Shown here: in pieces, positions 29,094 to 39,666 of the stretch
Numbering within the stretch: position 1 is the first letter of the stretch
Layout: each line of letters starts with the position of its first letter
Source of the DNA: Myxococcales bacterium
Lineage (GTDB): Bacteria > Myxococcota_A > UBA9042 > JABWCM01 > BTVJ01
NCBI GenBank assembly: GCA_045863395.1
Contig: BTVJ01000008.1
Location: 64,001-128,000, forward strand
DNA length: 64,000 nucleotides
Reading direction: 5' to 3'
The notes under the pieces: model-generated
Databases searched by the model: none
What the model was told of the DNA's origin: nothing
Seen by the model: only the letters and a program-made list of their open reading frames with translations
Made by a program: the position numbers and the translations under genes

Positions 29094-29123
29094 ACTGTAG
29101 GCTCCACCCGATACCCGAGTCAA
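29094..29123 (-). promoter_or_regulatory. Putative sigma70-type promoter preceding a structured leader
   Basis: Minus strand TTGACT-18 bp-TACAGT, directly followed by a long hairpin. Confidence 0.45.
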
Positions 29124-29157
29124 GGAGAATCTCGGCACCTGCTTCCCCCCTCGGAGG

Positions 29158-29913
29158 CTACGGGCAGCCGCAGTCGTCCGCGTTGTCGGACGTGAGGAGG
29201 CTCGGGTCGGAGAGCTTGGGGCACGCCCCCACCGGCGGCGATGCCCACGCCGCACACAGGGCTTCGCAGTCCAGGGACTTGGCCACGGCGCACTTCTTGG
29301 TCTCGGGGTCGCATACGGGCGTCAGGGTCTCCAGCACGTGGCAGTCGTCGCAGGCAGGAGGGTCCACGGGGTCGCAGGGGTCCGACGGGTCGCAGTTCTG
29401 CGCGATCCACCCGATGATCTGGTCCTGGTCCGACTGGCTGCCCACCTCCGGCTCCCCGCCGCAGGGGTCCTGCTCCGCGGGGCAGCAGGACTTGTCCGTC
29501 AGAAGCTGGCACTCGTCGTCCGTCTCGCACGCCCCAGGCTCTTCGGTGTCGACCTCCTCCCGGATGTCCTCGGCTGTGTCGCTCGTGTCGCCCCCGACGT
29601 CCGGCGCTGCGGCGTCCACCCCGGCCGCATCGGTCCCGCCGATGTCGGGCAGGCTCCCGGTGTCCGAAGCATCAGCCCCGCCTGCGTCTGCCGTCCCGCC
29701 GGTGTCAGTCCCCGCGACGTCCAGCGTGGGTCCAGCGTCAGCCTCCACGCCATCGGTCGCGCCCGATCCGCCCGTGCTGTCCGTAGGGTCCGCGTCGACC
29801 ACGTCGGCCCCGGTCGCGTCCTTTGCGCCGCCACCGCCGCCTGGCGGCCCCGATGCCCCACCGCCACCACACGCTGCCAACACTGCGAGGGCGAGGATCC
29901 AGGCTCTGCTCAT
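29158..29913 (-). CDS. Lipoprotein with Asp/Gly-rich linker and Cys-rich C-terminal domain
   Basis: MSRAWILALAVLAAC lipobox, acidic low-complexity linker, Cys-rich end. Confidence 0.72.
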   Translation of the reverse strand: MSRAWILALAVLAACGGGGASGPPGGGGGAKDATGADVVDADPTDSTGGSGATDGVEADAGPTLDVAGTDTGGTADAGGADASDTGSLPDIGGTDAAGVDAAAPDVGGDTSDTAEDIREEVDTEEPGACETDDECQLLTDKSCCPAEQDPCGGEPEVGSQSDQDQIIGWIAQNCDPSDPCDPVDPPACDDCHVLETLTPVCDPETKKCAVAKSLDCEALCAAWASPPVGACPKLSDPSLLTSDNADDCGCP

Positions 29914-29924
29914 CGTCGCCCCCG

Positions 29925-32498
29925 TCACAGCTTCGAGACCTTCAGCGAGCACCCCTGCGGCGTGCTCGCCTCCATCACCACGTACCACGTGCCGGTCTCC
30001 TTGATCTTCGTTGCCGGCAGGAACACGCCCTTGACGGGTTCGCTGATCACCTCGGAGAGGACCACGGCGCCGGCGGGGTCGAGGACCTTCACCTTGTACG
30101 AGGGCTCCAGGGACTGGGCCTTCAGGGTGAGCTGATACGACGCCCCCGCCACCAGCTCGTAGCTCAGCACGTCGGGATCGCTCTCGCAGACCAACAGGTC
30201 GTAGGTGTCACCCAGCGTCCCCGGCGCCGCGTCCATCGGGGTGTCGTTCGGCTCCAGCGGGTCGTCGCCCTCGCAGTCCGGCACGTCGGGAGCTCCGACC
30301 ATCAGCGTGTAGGAGATGTCCTTGGTCCCCGTGATCAGGAGCAGGTAGTCCCCCTCCTTCCACCACTTGGGCACCTTGAGGTGGAGGGCCGTGCCCACCT
30401 TGCCCACCGCGTCACCCTTGGCGAGCAGCGTGATGCCCTTCGGGTCGTAGAGGTTGAGCACGAGCTTGCCCTTCTTCCCGGAGTAGGACAGCTTGACGTC
30501 CAGCAGGTCTCCGGGTGCGAGGTGGACGCCATACCAGTCGGCGGGATCGGGCTGGCAGAGCGCGCCCACGATGGCGCCCTCGTCAGCGGCCAGCGCCACG
30601 GCGTCAGCCGGGGTGTCGTTGTCCTCGGACTCCTCCTCCTCGCAGGGGATGTCCTGGAGCTCCATGGTCAGGATGTAGGGCGTGATCGGGAACGGGTCCG
30701 TCGCCGCGATGCGGTCCACGCGGAACAGGATGGAGGGCAGGCCCTCCGGGTCATGGGCGACGAGCTCATGGGCCGCCACGCCGCCGTTGACCTCCGGCAG
30801 CGCCACCTCGTCGATGACCGTCGGGTCCGCGTCGTCGGTCAAGGCGGACAGGCCCAGCACGCCCGACGCCACCGACCACGCGATGGTCACCCGCGCCTGC
30901 TTGCCCGGGGGCAGCTCGACGCGGAACCAGTCCACGTCCCCGGTGCACAGGGTCAGGTCGTCCTGGAGGCCCTCCTTGAGGGGCTTGGCCTTCGAGAACA
31001 CGTCATTGGGCTCGTAGGGGTCCGGGTCGCAGAAGCCCGTGTCCTTCGCGTCGATCTTGATCGTGTAGCTCGTAGAGAACGCGCCCGAGTCGCCCCGCAC
31101 CCGCACGTACCAGTCGCCGGACTTGACGCCCTTGAGGTCCAGGATGCCTTGGCCGCCGCTCCCTGCAGCGATCTTCGGCTCGACGGCCGGGTCCTCGGAG
31201 ACCAGCGCCAGCTCCAGCTCCCCCGGCCCGATGGGCCAGCTCGCGGCGACCAGCAGGTCGAAGGAGGTCGACTTCTTGAGCTTGAACCAGTCCTCGTCGC
31301 CGGGGCAGATGGCGAGGCCCCCCGACTCGAACGTGTTGCCGCTCAGGAGGGAGGCCGTCGCCTTCGTGTCGTTGGACCCGGGGGAGTCGAAGCTGTCGTT
31401 GATGCACAGGTTCTTCGGCGAGAGCCAGATGCGGAGCTGGTAGCTCGACACGACGCCGGCCACATGGCGGATGTGCAGCAGGAACGCGGACTTGACCGCC
31501 TGCTTGCCGACGCCGACCACGGCGAACGGGGCGTCCCGCTCGTCCTTGCCGACGACGGCGCCGTCGGGCCAGTGGCGCAGCTCCGCGTCGAGCTGCCCCC
31601 ACGAGTCGTCGAAGTCCAGGCGCACGAGGAGCGCGAAGTCGGCCGGGACCTCCACGCGGTACCAGTCGTCGTCCACCTGATCGATGGTGAGCTGCTGGAA
31701 CTCCCCCGCGATGATCACCGAAGCCGACTCGGCCGTGTCGTTCGGCTCGAAGGTGTCGGGGGCCGCGGACGGGGCCCCGCAGGTCTGGCCAAGGCAAGAG
31801 AGGCCGGAGAGGCAGTCCCCGTCCACCTGGCAGGAGGCTGGGCCCTGGCAGGCGTTGGAGGCGCACCCGATGGCCTGCTCCGGGCAGTCCGCGGTGGTGG
31901 TGCACTCGACGCACTGGCCGCCCACGCAGCGCCGCCCACCGGCGCAGCCGCCGTCGTTGGCACAGGGGTAGAGGTCCACGCACTTGCCGACGTCAACCTT
32001 GCACATGCCGCCGGCGCAGTCGGCGTCCTTGCCGCAGCCGATGGGCGACGCGGCGCACCGGCCGCGGGTGCAGGTGCGGTTGCCCACGCAGTCCACGTCG
32101 CCCAGGCAGATGGGGGGCTCGACGCACGTCTGGTCGCAGAGCTGGAGGCCCGGGCAGTCGGCGTGGCTGTCACACTTCTTCGGCGGCTCGACCACGTCGA
32201 CGGGGGCGGCCGTGTCCGCGGTGAGCGGGGCGTCCTCCAGCCCGGCGGGGACGTCCTCGATGACCGGGACGTCGGGCTCGGAGCCGGCGTCCGCCGCGGC
32301 GTCCGGCGTCGTGGTGTCGGGGCCCCCGTCCCCTGCCGCGTCCTCGGCGAGGACGTCCTCCCCCGGAGCTGCCGTGTCCTTGGTGCCCCCAGGCAGGGTG
32401 CCGACCCCGTCCGAGCCGCCGTCGTCGCCGCACGCGACGGCAGCGAGGAGGCAGCAGAGCCCCGCGGCGTGGAGCAGGCGAGGGTTCGCGAAGCGCAT
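29925..32498 (-). CDS. Lipoprotein with Cys-rich region and tandem PPC-like beta-sandwich repeats
   Basis: LAAVAC lipobox, Cys-rich block, five D..E(P)NDT...D.DW(F/Y)...Y.L units; no catalytic peptidase domain seen. Confidence 0.8.
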   Translation of the reverse strand: MRFANPRLLHAAGLCCLLAAVACGDDGGSDGVGTLPGGTKDTAAPGEDVLAEDAAGDGGPDTTTPDAAADAGSEPDVPVIEDVPAGLEDAPLTADTAAPVDVVEPPKKCDSHADCPGLQLCDQTCVEPPICLGDVDCVGNRTCTRGRCAASPIGCGKDADCAGGMCKVDVGKCVDLYPCANDGGCAGGRRCVGGQCVECTTTADCPEQAIGCASNACQGPASCQVDGDCLSGLSCLGQTCGAPSAAPDTFEPNDTAESASVIIAGEFQQLTIDQVDDDWYRVEVPADFALLVRLDFDDSWGQLDAELRHWPDGAVVGKDERDAPFAVVGVGKQAVKSAFLLHIRHVAGVVSSYQLRIWLSPKNLCINDSFDSPGSNDTKATASLLSGNTFESGGLAICPGDEDWFKLKKSTSFDLLVAASWPIGPGELELALVSEDPAVEPKIAAGSGGQGILDLKGVKSGDWYVRVRGDSGAFSTSYTIKIDAKDTGFCDPDPYEPNDVFSKAKPLKEGLQDDLTLCTGDVDWFRVELPPGKQARVTIAWSVASGVLGLSALTDDADPTVIDEVALPEVNGGVAAHELVAHDPEGLPSILFRVDRIAATDPFPITPYILTMELQDIPCEEEESEDNDTPADAVALAADEGAIVGALCQPDPADWYGVHLAPGDLLDVKLSYSGKKGKLVLNLYDPKGITLLAKGDAVGKVGTALHLKVPKWWKEGDYLLLITGTKDISYTLMVGAPDVPDCEGDDPLEPNDTPMDAAPGTLGDTYDLLVCESDPDVLSYELVAGASYQLTLKAQSLEPSYKVKVLDPAGAVVLSEVISEPVKGVFLPATKIKETGTWYVVMEASTPQGCSLKVSKL

Positions 32499-32623
32499 GC
32501 GTCGTCCTTGGCGTGGGTCACGGCTCGACGGGGATGCTAGCAGAGCCGGGGGCCACTCGCCAAGGCGGCTTGACACCCCTCCGCCGAGCGCCGCATCCTG
32601 CGCCCACTTCTGAGGAGGAGCGC

Positions 32624-33631
32624 ATGATCATCGGACTGACGGGGCGCAACGCCAGCGGCAAGGGGACGGTCGCCGAGTACCTGGTGGAGCGCGGCTTCAC
32701 CTTCTACAGCCTGAGCGACGTGATCCGCGAGGAGCTGACCGCTCGGGGAGAGGCCACGTCCCGGGAGAACCTGATCCGCGTCGGCAACGAGCTGCGGGGC
32801 CGCTCGGGGCCGGGCGCCCTGGCGCACCGCATCCTGCCACGGTTGTCTGAGGACCGGCACTTCGTGATCGACTCCATCCGCAACCCGGTGGAGGTGGAGG
32901 CCTTCCGCCACGCCCGCAAGGACTTCGTGCTGCTATGCGTCGAGGCAGCCCCGGAGGTCCGCTGGGAGCGGCTCCACCAGCGGGCGCGCCCCGGCGACCC
33001 CCAGAGCTTCGAGGAGTTCACCGACCTGGAGGCCCGGGAGCTGGCGTCCGACGACGAGCGCACGCAGCAGCTCCTGGCGACGGAGGCCCTCGCGGACCAC
33101 GTGGTCCGCAACGACGGGAGCCCGGCAGAGCTGACCGACGCCTTGTCCCTGCTCGTGCGCGAGCTCATGAGCCGGCTCGACCGCCCGGGCTGGGACGACT
33201 ACTTCATCCAGATCGCGACGGTGGTCGCCCGGCGCTCCAACTGCATGAAGCGCAAGGTGGCGGCTGTCGTGGTCAAGGACCGGCGCATCATCTCGACGGG
33301 CTACAACGGCACGCCGCGGGGCGCCCGCAACTGCAACGACGGCGGCTGCCCGCGGTGCAACAGCATGGCGAAGAGCGGCACGGGCCTGGAGGACTGCCTC
33401 TGCTCCCACGCGGAGGAGAACGCCATCACCCAGTCCGCGTACCACGGCATCTCCGTCAAAGGGGCGACGCTCTACACCACGTTCTCTCCCTGCCTGCTGT
33501 GCACGAAGATGATCATCAACAGCGGCATCGAGGAGGTGGTCTACAACGTCGCCTACCCGATGGGGGAGCAGGCGCTCCGCCTCATCGCGGACTGCGGGGT
33601 GCGGATCCGGCAGGTGAGCCTGGAGGGGTGA
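32624..33631 (+). CDS. P-loop nucleotide kinase-like domain fused to a dCMP deaminase
   Basis: GRNASGKGT and IDSIRNP in the N-terminal domain; RPGWDDYF, STGYNGTP, HAEENA and SPCLLC Zn-deaminase motifs. ATG follows GAGGAGG. Confidence 0.9.
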   Translation: MIIGLTGRNASGKGTVAEYLVERGFTFYSLSDVIREELTARGEATSRENLIRVGNELRGRSGPGALAHRILPRLSEDRHFVIDSIRNPVEVEAFRHARKDFVLLCVEAAPEVRWERLHQRARPGDPQSFEEFTDLEARELASDDERTQQLLATEALADHVVRNDGSPAELTDALSLLVRELMSRLDRPGWDDYFIQIATVVARRSNCMKRKVAAVVVKDRRIISTGYNGTPRGARNCNDGGCPRCNSMAKSGTGLEDCLCSHAEENAITQSAYHGISVKGATLYTTFSPCLLCTKMIINSGIEEVVYNVAYPMGEQALRLIADCGVRIRQVSLEG

Positions 33632-33637
33632 CGGCGC

Positions 33638-34192
33638 TCACGCCTCGGGCGGGGAGTCCCAGTCGGCGAAGCGGTCCTTGCCCTTCTCGCGGGCGAGGAT
33701 GTCCAGGGCCGCCGCGGCCCCGTCCCCTGCGCTGATGATCGCCTGGCTGCGGCCCGGGCGCACCATGCGTCCGACGGCGTAGACGCGGTCGAGCGACGTG
33801 CGGCCCGACCGGTCCACCTGGATGGCGTCGCCGTCCATGGCGACTCCGAGCTGCCCTGACAGCACGGGGTTCTTGCCCTCGGACAGGATCAGGTGCCGGG
33901 CCTCGATCATGCCCCCGTCCTCCAGGGTCGCGGCGAACCCTGCCGCCGAGTGGGCGACGGAGGTGACCTTGCCCGCGAGGAGGGTGGCGCCGTGGCTCAC
34001 CGCCTGCTCCCGCGCAATGCGCTGGAAGTCGCTGCCCGCGATGCCGGGGAGCCCCAGGTAGTTGTAGAGGAAGGCCCAGTGCATGGCGGTCTCGTCGGTC
34101 CCCACCACGGTGGTGGCGAGGCCGTTCTTCGCCAGGAACAGCGCCGCGGACAGCCCTCCGGGGCCGTCACCGATCACGAGCACGTCGGTCAT
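33638..34192 (-). CDS. Short FAD-dependent oxidoreductase (thioredoxin-reductase-like FAD domain only)
   Basis: VIGDGPGGLSAA, NYLG, TSLDRVYAVG, QAIISAGDG; no NADPH domain or CxxC. Confidence 0.8.
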   Translation of the reverse strand: MTDVLVIGDGPGGLSAALFLAKNGLATTVVGTDETAMHWAFLYNYLGLPGIAGSDFQRIAREQAVSHGATLLAGKVTSVAHSAAGFAATLEDGGMIEARHLILSEGKNPVLSGQLGVAMDGDAIQVDRSGRTSLDRVYAVGRMVRPGRSQAIISAGDGAAAALDILAREKGKDRFADWDSPPEA

Positions 34193-34640
34193 CTTCGCAT
34201 CTCCTTGGGATAGTGGGAGGGTCGAGGGCCGTGGAGGGCCCCGCCCGAGTGTTCGTAGCGACCATGACACGCTCCCGCGCCCGCGTCGAGCGGCGGGTCG
34301 GCCCGCGAGCGTCACCGGAGCGGCCAAGGCGGGCATCGATTTCGCCCAGGGAGCCACATCATCGGCTCCTTGGACAGGGTCCAGGCGCCGTCACCAGGTG
34401 AGCGGGAGCGCGGTGATTCTTTGCCGTAGACAAACGGACCCGCGTGTTTCAAAATGGGCGGCGCCTCCAGAGGCTCTGGCCGAGCCACGGGGCTCCTCGA
34501 CCGAGGGGGCCGCGGCCCGGGCGTCCCGGTCGACAGGCGGGTCGACCGCGTTTCGACGGATCGTCGTGACCGGCGGCCGCGGACGCTGGCAGCACATCAA
34601 CGGCGACGGCGGCGTACGCGCTCGGCGCACGGAGGGAGTC

Positions 34641-35321
34641 ATGGCAGGACCATTCGGAGTGGGAGCCATCTGGGTCTACACGGTGCCCGAATCGGGCAAC
34701 CCGGTGCGCATCGGGCTCGCGCACGAAGGAGCGGAGGCTGAGGGTGAGTCGCCCTTCGTGTTCGATTGGGACGCCGAGCTGGCGCTGCCCTCCGCGCAGG
34801 GCGCTGGCCGATGGCGGCTCAAGCGTGACAGCGGATCCTACATGCTCAACGCCCGGACGGACTACGACAGGTTCAGCGAGGCCGAGGCCGGCGCTCGCCG
34901 GGCGATGAGCCTGGACCGCAAGCGCGACAGCAGCAACATCAAGGAGACCAACTGGCCTTGGACTGCGTCGGGGAGAGACCCGTCTGGGCCCAACGAGCCA
35001 TCCGAGATCGATCCTGGCTACATGGTGAAGCTCCTGGGCTGGGCCAACAACTCCTGGTCGCAGATCGTGGGTTATCTCTACCTTGGAAGCTCAGGCGGGA
35101 ACCCGGGATACGAATACTGGTGGATCGGCCATGTGGCGAACTTCCGTGCGGCGCTGTCGGACCGCGGAGTCGTCCTGGCAGATGGGGTTCAGTGCTCGAC
35201 CGTTGGAGCCGCCGAGGGGGTCATCAGCGCTGCGATCACGGCAAACGCCTTCCAACCGGACCCGACCCACCGTCAGAAGTATCGTACTATGGCGCCGGTG
35301 TCTCGGGGCGTCGTGCCCTGA
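34641..35321 (+). CDS. Hypothetical protein (orphan-like)
   Basis: ATG after GGAGGGAG; 226 aa of non-repetitive, Trp/Tyr-rich sequence; ends 18 bp before the kinase gene. Confidence 0.62.
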   Translation: MAGPFGVGAIWVYTVPESGNPVRIGLAHEGAEAEGESPFVFDWDAELALPSAQGAGRWRLKRDSGSYMLNARTDYDRFSEAEAGARRAMSLDRKRDSSNIKETNWPWTASGRDPSGPNEPSEIDPGYMVKLLGWANNSWSQIVGYLYLGSSGGNPGYEYWWIGHVANFRAALSDRGVVLADGVQCSTVGAAEGVISAAITANAFQPDPTHRQKYRTMAPVSRGVVP

Positions 35322-35339
35322 CCCCCCCCGGAGGCCCCC

Positions 35340-37778
35340 ATGCCCCCTCGCCCCACCGTCGATGACACAGAGGTGTCGGAGACCGAGGCGAGCGACTGCT
35401 CGGGGCCGCTCCTCAGGCATCTCGGGACGCTGGTGGGCAACCGCTATCGGCTCGACGGCCTCCTCGGGGCCGGCGGCTGTGGGCAGGTCTATCGTGCCAC
35501 GGATCGGATCTCCGGCGCGCCCGTCGCGGTCAAGCTCCTCGGCACGCGGGCAGGGGCGGACGTCCGGCGCATGCGGCGTGAGGTCACGGCGCTGCGGCTC
35601 CTGCGCCTGCCTGGCGTCGTGAACCTGCTCGACGACGGCGTGATGCCCGGCGGGTGGTTCGTCGTCATGGAGATCGTGGACGGCGCTCCGTTCCCGGGCG
35701 CCCGCCCGCGAGAGTGGAGCACCCTCCAGCCCGTCGTGCTCTCGCTCCTGGAGACGCTGCGCCGGGTCCACGCCCTCGGAGTCGTCCACCGCGATCTGAA
35801 GCCGGCCAATGTGCTGGTCACCGCTGCCGGACGGCCCGTCGTGCTCGACTTCGGCCTCGCGTCGGGGCGCGCCGTCGGAAGCCTCGTGCAGGGGGAGCGA
35901 CCCGTCCTGGGGACGCCGGCCTACTGCTCGCCGGAGCAGGCGCTGGGAGAGCCGGCTGGCCCGCTCTCGGATCTGTACTCGCTCGGCGTGATGCTCTACG
36001 AGGCCCTCTCGGGCCTCGCCCCGCATCGCGGCGACACCTGGCAGGACCTCGTCGTGGCGCGCCTCTCCGCGGAGCCGCCGCCCCTCCGCTCGGTGGCGCC
36101 GCATGTTCCGTCCGACGTGGCGCAGGTGGTGGACAGGCTCCTCTCGCGGGACGCGGCCGGGCGCCCATCCTCCGCGGAGCAGGTCATCGCCACGCTCGGC
36201 GGGGAGGCCGACGCCACGGGGGCAACCCGGATCGCCGCGCTGCTTGGACAAGACGGGGGAGCGGCGAGCGCCGGGGACCTCCGCCGGCTCTTCGCCGGAC
36301 CTGACCGCCTGCTCCACCTGCGGGAGGATGGGGCGCGGGTGCTTCACGAGCGGACGGGTGGGCGGCTCGACCGGATCGCCGAGGAGGTCACGCGCTGGGT
36401 CCATGCGGGTCTCGCTGCGTGGGAGGGAGAGCGCCTCATGGTCCCTCGTCACGCGCTGGATCGGCTGGACGAGGAGTGGACCATGGGCGGGCCCGGCCAC
36501 GTGGACCTGCTGGGCGGCGCCGGCCTCCACGCCTTCGCCACCCAGGCGGCCGCAACGGCTCGCGCGGCCCTGGACGCCGGCCTGGCGAGCAAGGCGCTCG
36601 CCGCCGCGCAGGCGGGCCTGGCGGCGGTGCGGCATGGCGATGCAGCCGGGCTGGAGCTGGGGCTGCTGCGTGTGCTGTGCGAGGCGGCGCTCGCCGACGG
36701 GACGGCCAGGCCCGTGGAGCTGGCGCTGTTCGAGCTGGAGCGGACGCGGGTCGTCGGCCCGGAGGAGGCGCTCCTGGAGGAGATCCTGCGGGCGTCGCTC
36801 CGGGTGGGGCATGCCGTGGGCCCGGTTGCCCTCGACGCCACGCGGGACGCTGGGCCCTTCGACGACGAGGCCCTGGAGTCAGAGAGGCGCACGCTGCTCA
36901 TCCGCGCCGCGCGAAGCTGCGCACCCGAGGTGGAGCGGGAGGTCATCGATGAGGCGGTGGCATGGTCGGACGCGGCCGACTCCCCGCACGCGAAGGCCCA
37001 CGGGGCACTCTGGCGGGGGATGTGGCTCTACCGGTCCGGGCGATTCGCGGAGGCGGCGAACATCCAGCGAGCGGCCATGTGCGCCCCCGTGGCGCCGGTG
37101 CTTCGGACGTCGCTGATGATCAACGCGTCGAGCGCGCTCCTCGAGGCCGGCGCCTTCGAGGACTCCACGGCGCTCGCGCTCGACGCTGTGGCCCTGGCGG
37201 CCGACCTGCGCCACCCCCGCCTGGAGGCGCGGGCCATCCGCATGGCACGCACCGCGGCCTACCGGCGTGGCGACGACCTGCTCCCAGACCTGGAGCTCGT
37301 CGAGGCAGCGGCGGCCATCGCCCAGCCCGATGTAGAGGCGCTCGTCGCTGCGACGGAGGCCGGCTTCGCCATGCGGGCGGGGCACCTGGACGTCGCGGCG
37401 TCGCTGGCGCGCCGGATCGTCGCCGTCTGGGTGGCAGCGGGGCGCCGGTGGGAGCCTGCCCTCTTCTCTGCCCTGGCGTGCGCCTGCGAGGGGCGGGCGA
37501 GCGCCGACGACTTGATGACCAGCGTGGAGGCCGCGGCGACCTGCCCGGTGCCGGAGCTCGCCGTCCAGATCGTTGCGCTGACCGCGACCGCCGGATCCAT
37601 CCGGGCGGAGACCGAGGCCAGGGCGCGCGCGCTGGTCGAGGCGATCACGCCGGGTCGCCGGGGAGTCCGCCTCGACCTGCTGAGCGTCCGGGAGTGCCTC
37701 GACGCCCTGGATGGCGCGTGGTCGCCGCGCTCCCTGGCGCCCCCTGGTCGGAGCACCGGCGGCGAGAGCGTCCCCTGA
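35340..37778 (+). CDS. Cytoplasmic Ser/Thr kinase with helical/TPR-like C-terminal region
   Basis: GAGGCG, VAVK, HRDLKPAN, DFG, SPEQ and DLYSLG motifs; Ala-rich helical repeats; no TM. Confidence 0.88.
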   Translation: MPPRPTVDDTEVSETEASDCSGPLLRHLGTLVGNRYRLDGLLGAGGCGQVYRATDRISGAPVAVKLLGTRAGADVRRMRREVTALRLLRLPGVVNLLDDGVMPGGWFVVMEIVDGAPFPGARPREWSTLQPVVLSLLETLRRVHALGVVHRDLKPANVLVTAAGRPVVLDFGLASGRAVGSLVQGERPVLGTPAYCSPEQALGEPAGPLSDLYSLGVMLYEALSGLAPHRGDTWQDLVVARLSAEPPPLRSVAPHVPSDVAQVVDRLLSRDAAGRPSSAEQVIATLGGEADATGATRIAALLGQDGGAASAGDLRRLFAGPDRLLHLREDGARVLHERTGGRLDRIAEEVTRWVHAGLAAWEGERLMVPRHALDRLDEEWTMGGPGHVDLLGGAGLHAFATQAAATARAALDAGLASKALAAAQAGLAAVRHGDAAGLELGLLRVLCEAALADGTARPVELALFELERTRVVGPEEALLEEILRASLRVGHAVGPVALDATRDAGPFDDEALESERRTLLIRAARSCAPEVEREVIDEAVAWSDAADSPHAKAHGALWRGMWLYRSGRFAEAANIQRAAMCAPVAPVLRTSLMINASSALLEAGAFEDSTALALDAVALAADLRHPRLEARAIRMARTAAYRRGDDLLPDLELVEAAAAIAQPDVEALVAATEAGFAMRAGHLDVAASLARRIVAVWVAAGRRWEPALFSALACACEGRASADDLMTSVEAAATCPVPELAVQIVALTATAGSIRAETEARARALVEAITPGRRGVRLDLLSVRECLDALDGAWSPRSLAPPGRSTGGESVP

Positions 37779-37828
37779 TGGGATGGACACGGGCGTCGTG
37801 GTGCCCAGCGAGGGTCTCACGGGCCGGC

Positions 37829-37985
37829 GACCCCTCCCGAGGGGTGCCCCTGAGGGGTCGGGAGCCTTCCTGCGAGGCATCGGGACCCCTCCCGAGGGGT
37901 CGGGACCCGACAGGCGAAGGCCCGCCACCCCTTGGGAGGGGGCGAACGCGCTGGCATCGAGGCCGGCGAGCCCTTGTGAGGGGGG
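37829..37985. repeat. Cluster of short palindromic CCCCT-N-GAGGGG elements
   Basis: GACCCCTCCCGAGGGGT occurs exactly twice (37829, 37884), with variants near 37846, 37927 and 37970. Confidence 0.55.
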
Positions 37986-38153
37986 CGAGCGCCATCACCG
38001 CTGGAGATCGGGGCGCGTCCATCGAGCGCGGGCTCCGTCCACCCCGACCCGCTGAGCCTCCAAGCGCGCCTGGACACCCTGGGCTGCGCGCGCTCACCGC
38101 GCGCTGGAGTCCGCCGAGCCTCGCCCCGCAAACGACACCGTGCCGCCGGCGGC

Positions 38154-39593
<1,440 letters not shown>

Positions 39594-39666
39594 CCGGGAG
39601 GACGGTCGGGGAGACAGCCCCCCGGGTGCTGGGCGCCATGGACGTGGAGCCCGCGGCGCCACGGCC

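Noticed and set aside
29823..32540. 905-aa plus-strand ORF (likewise 45331..48312, 4931..7051, 23414..25621)
   Set aside because: Shadow or alternative frames over well-supported genes; Arg/Gly/Pro-rich composition without domains.
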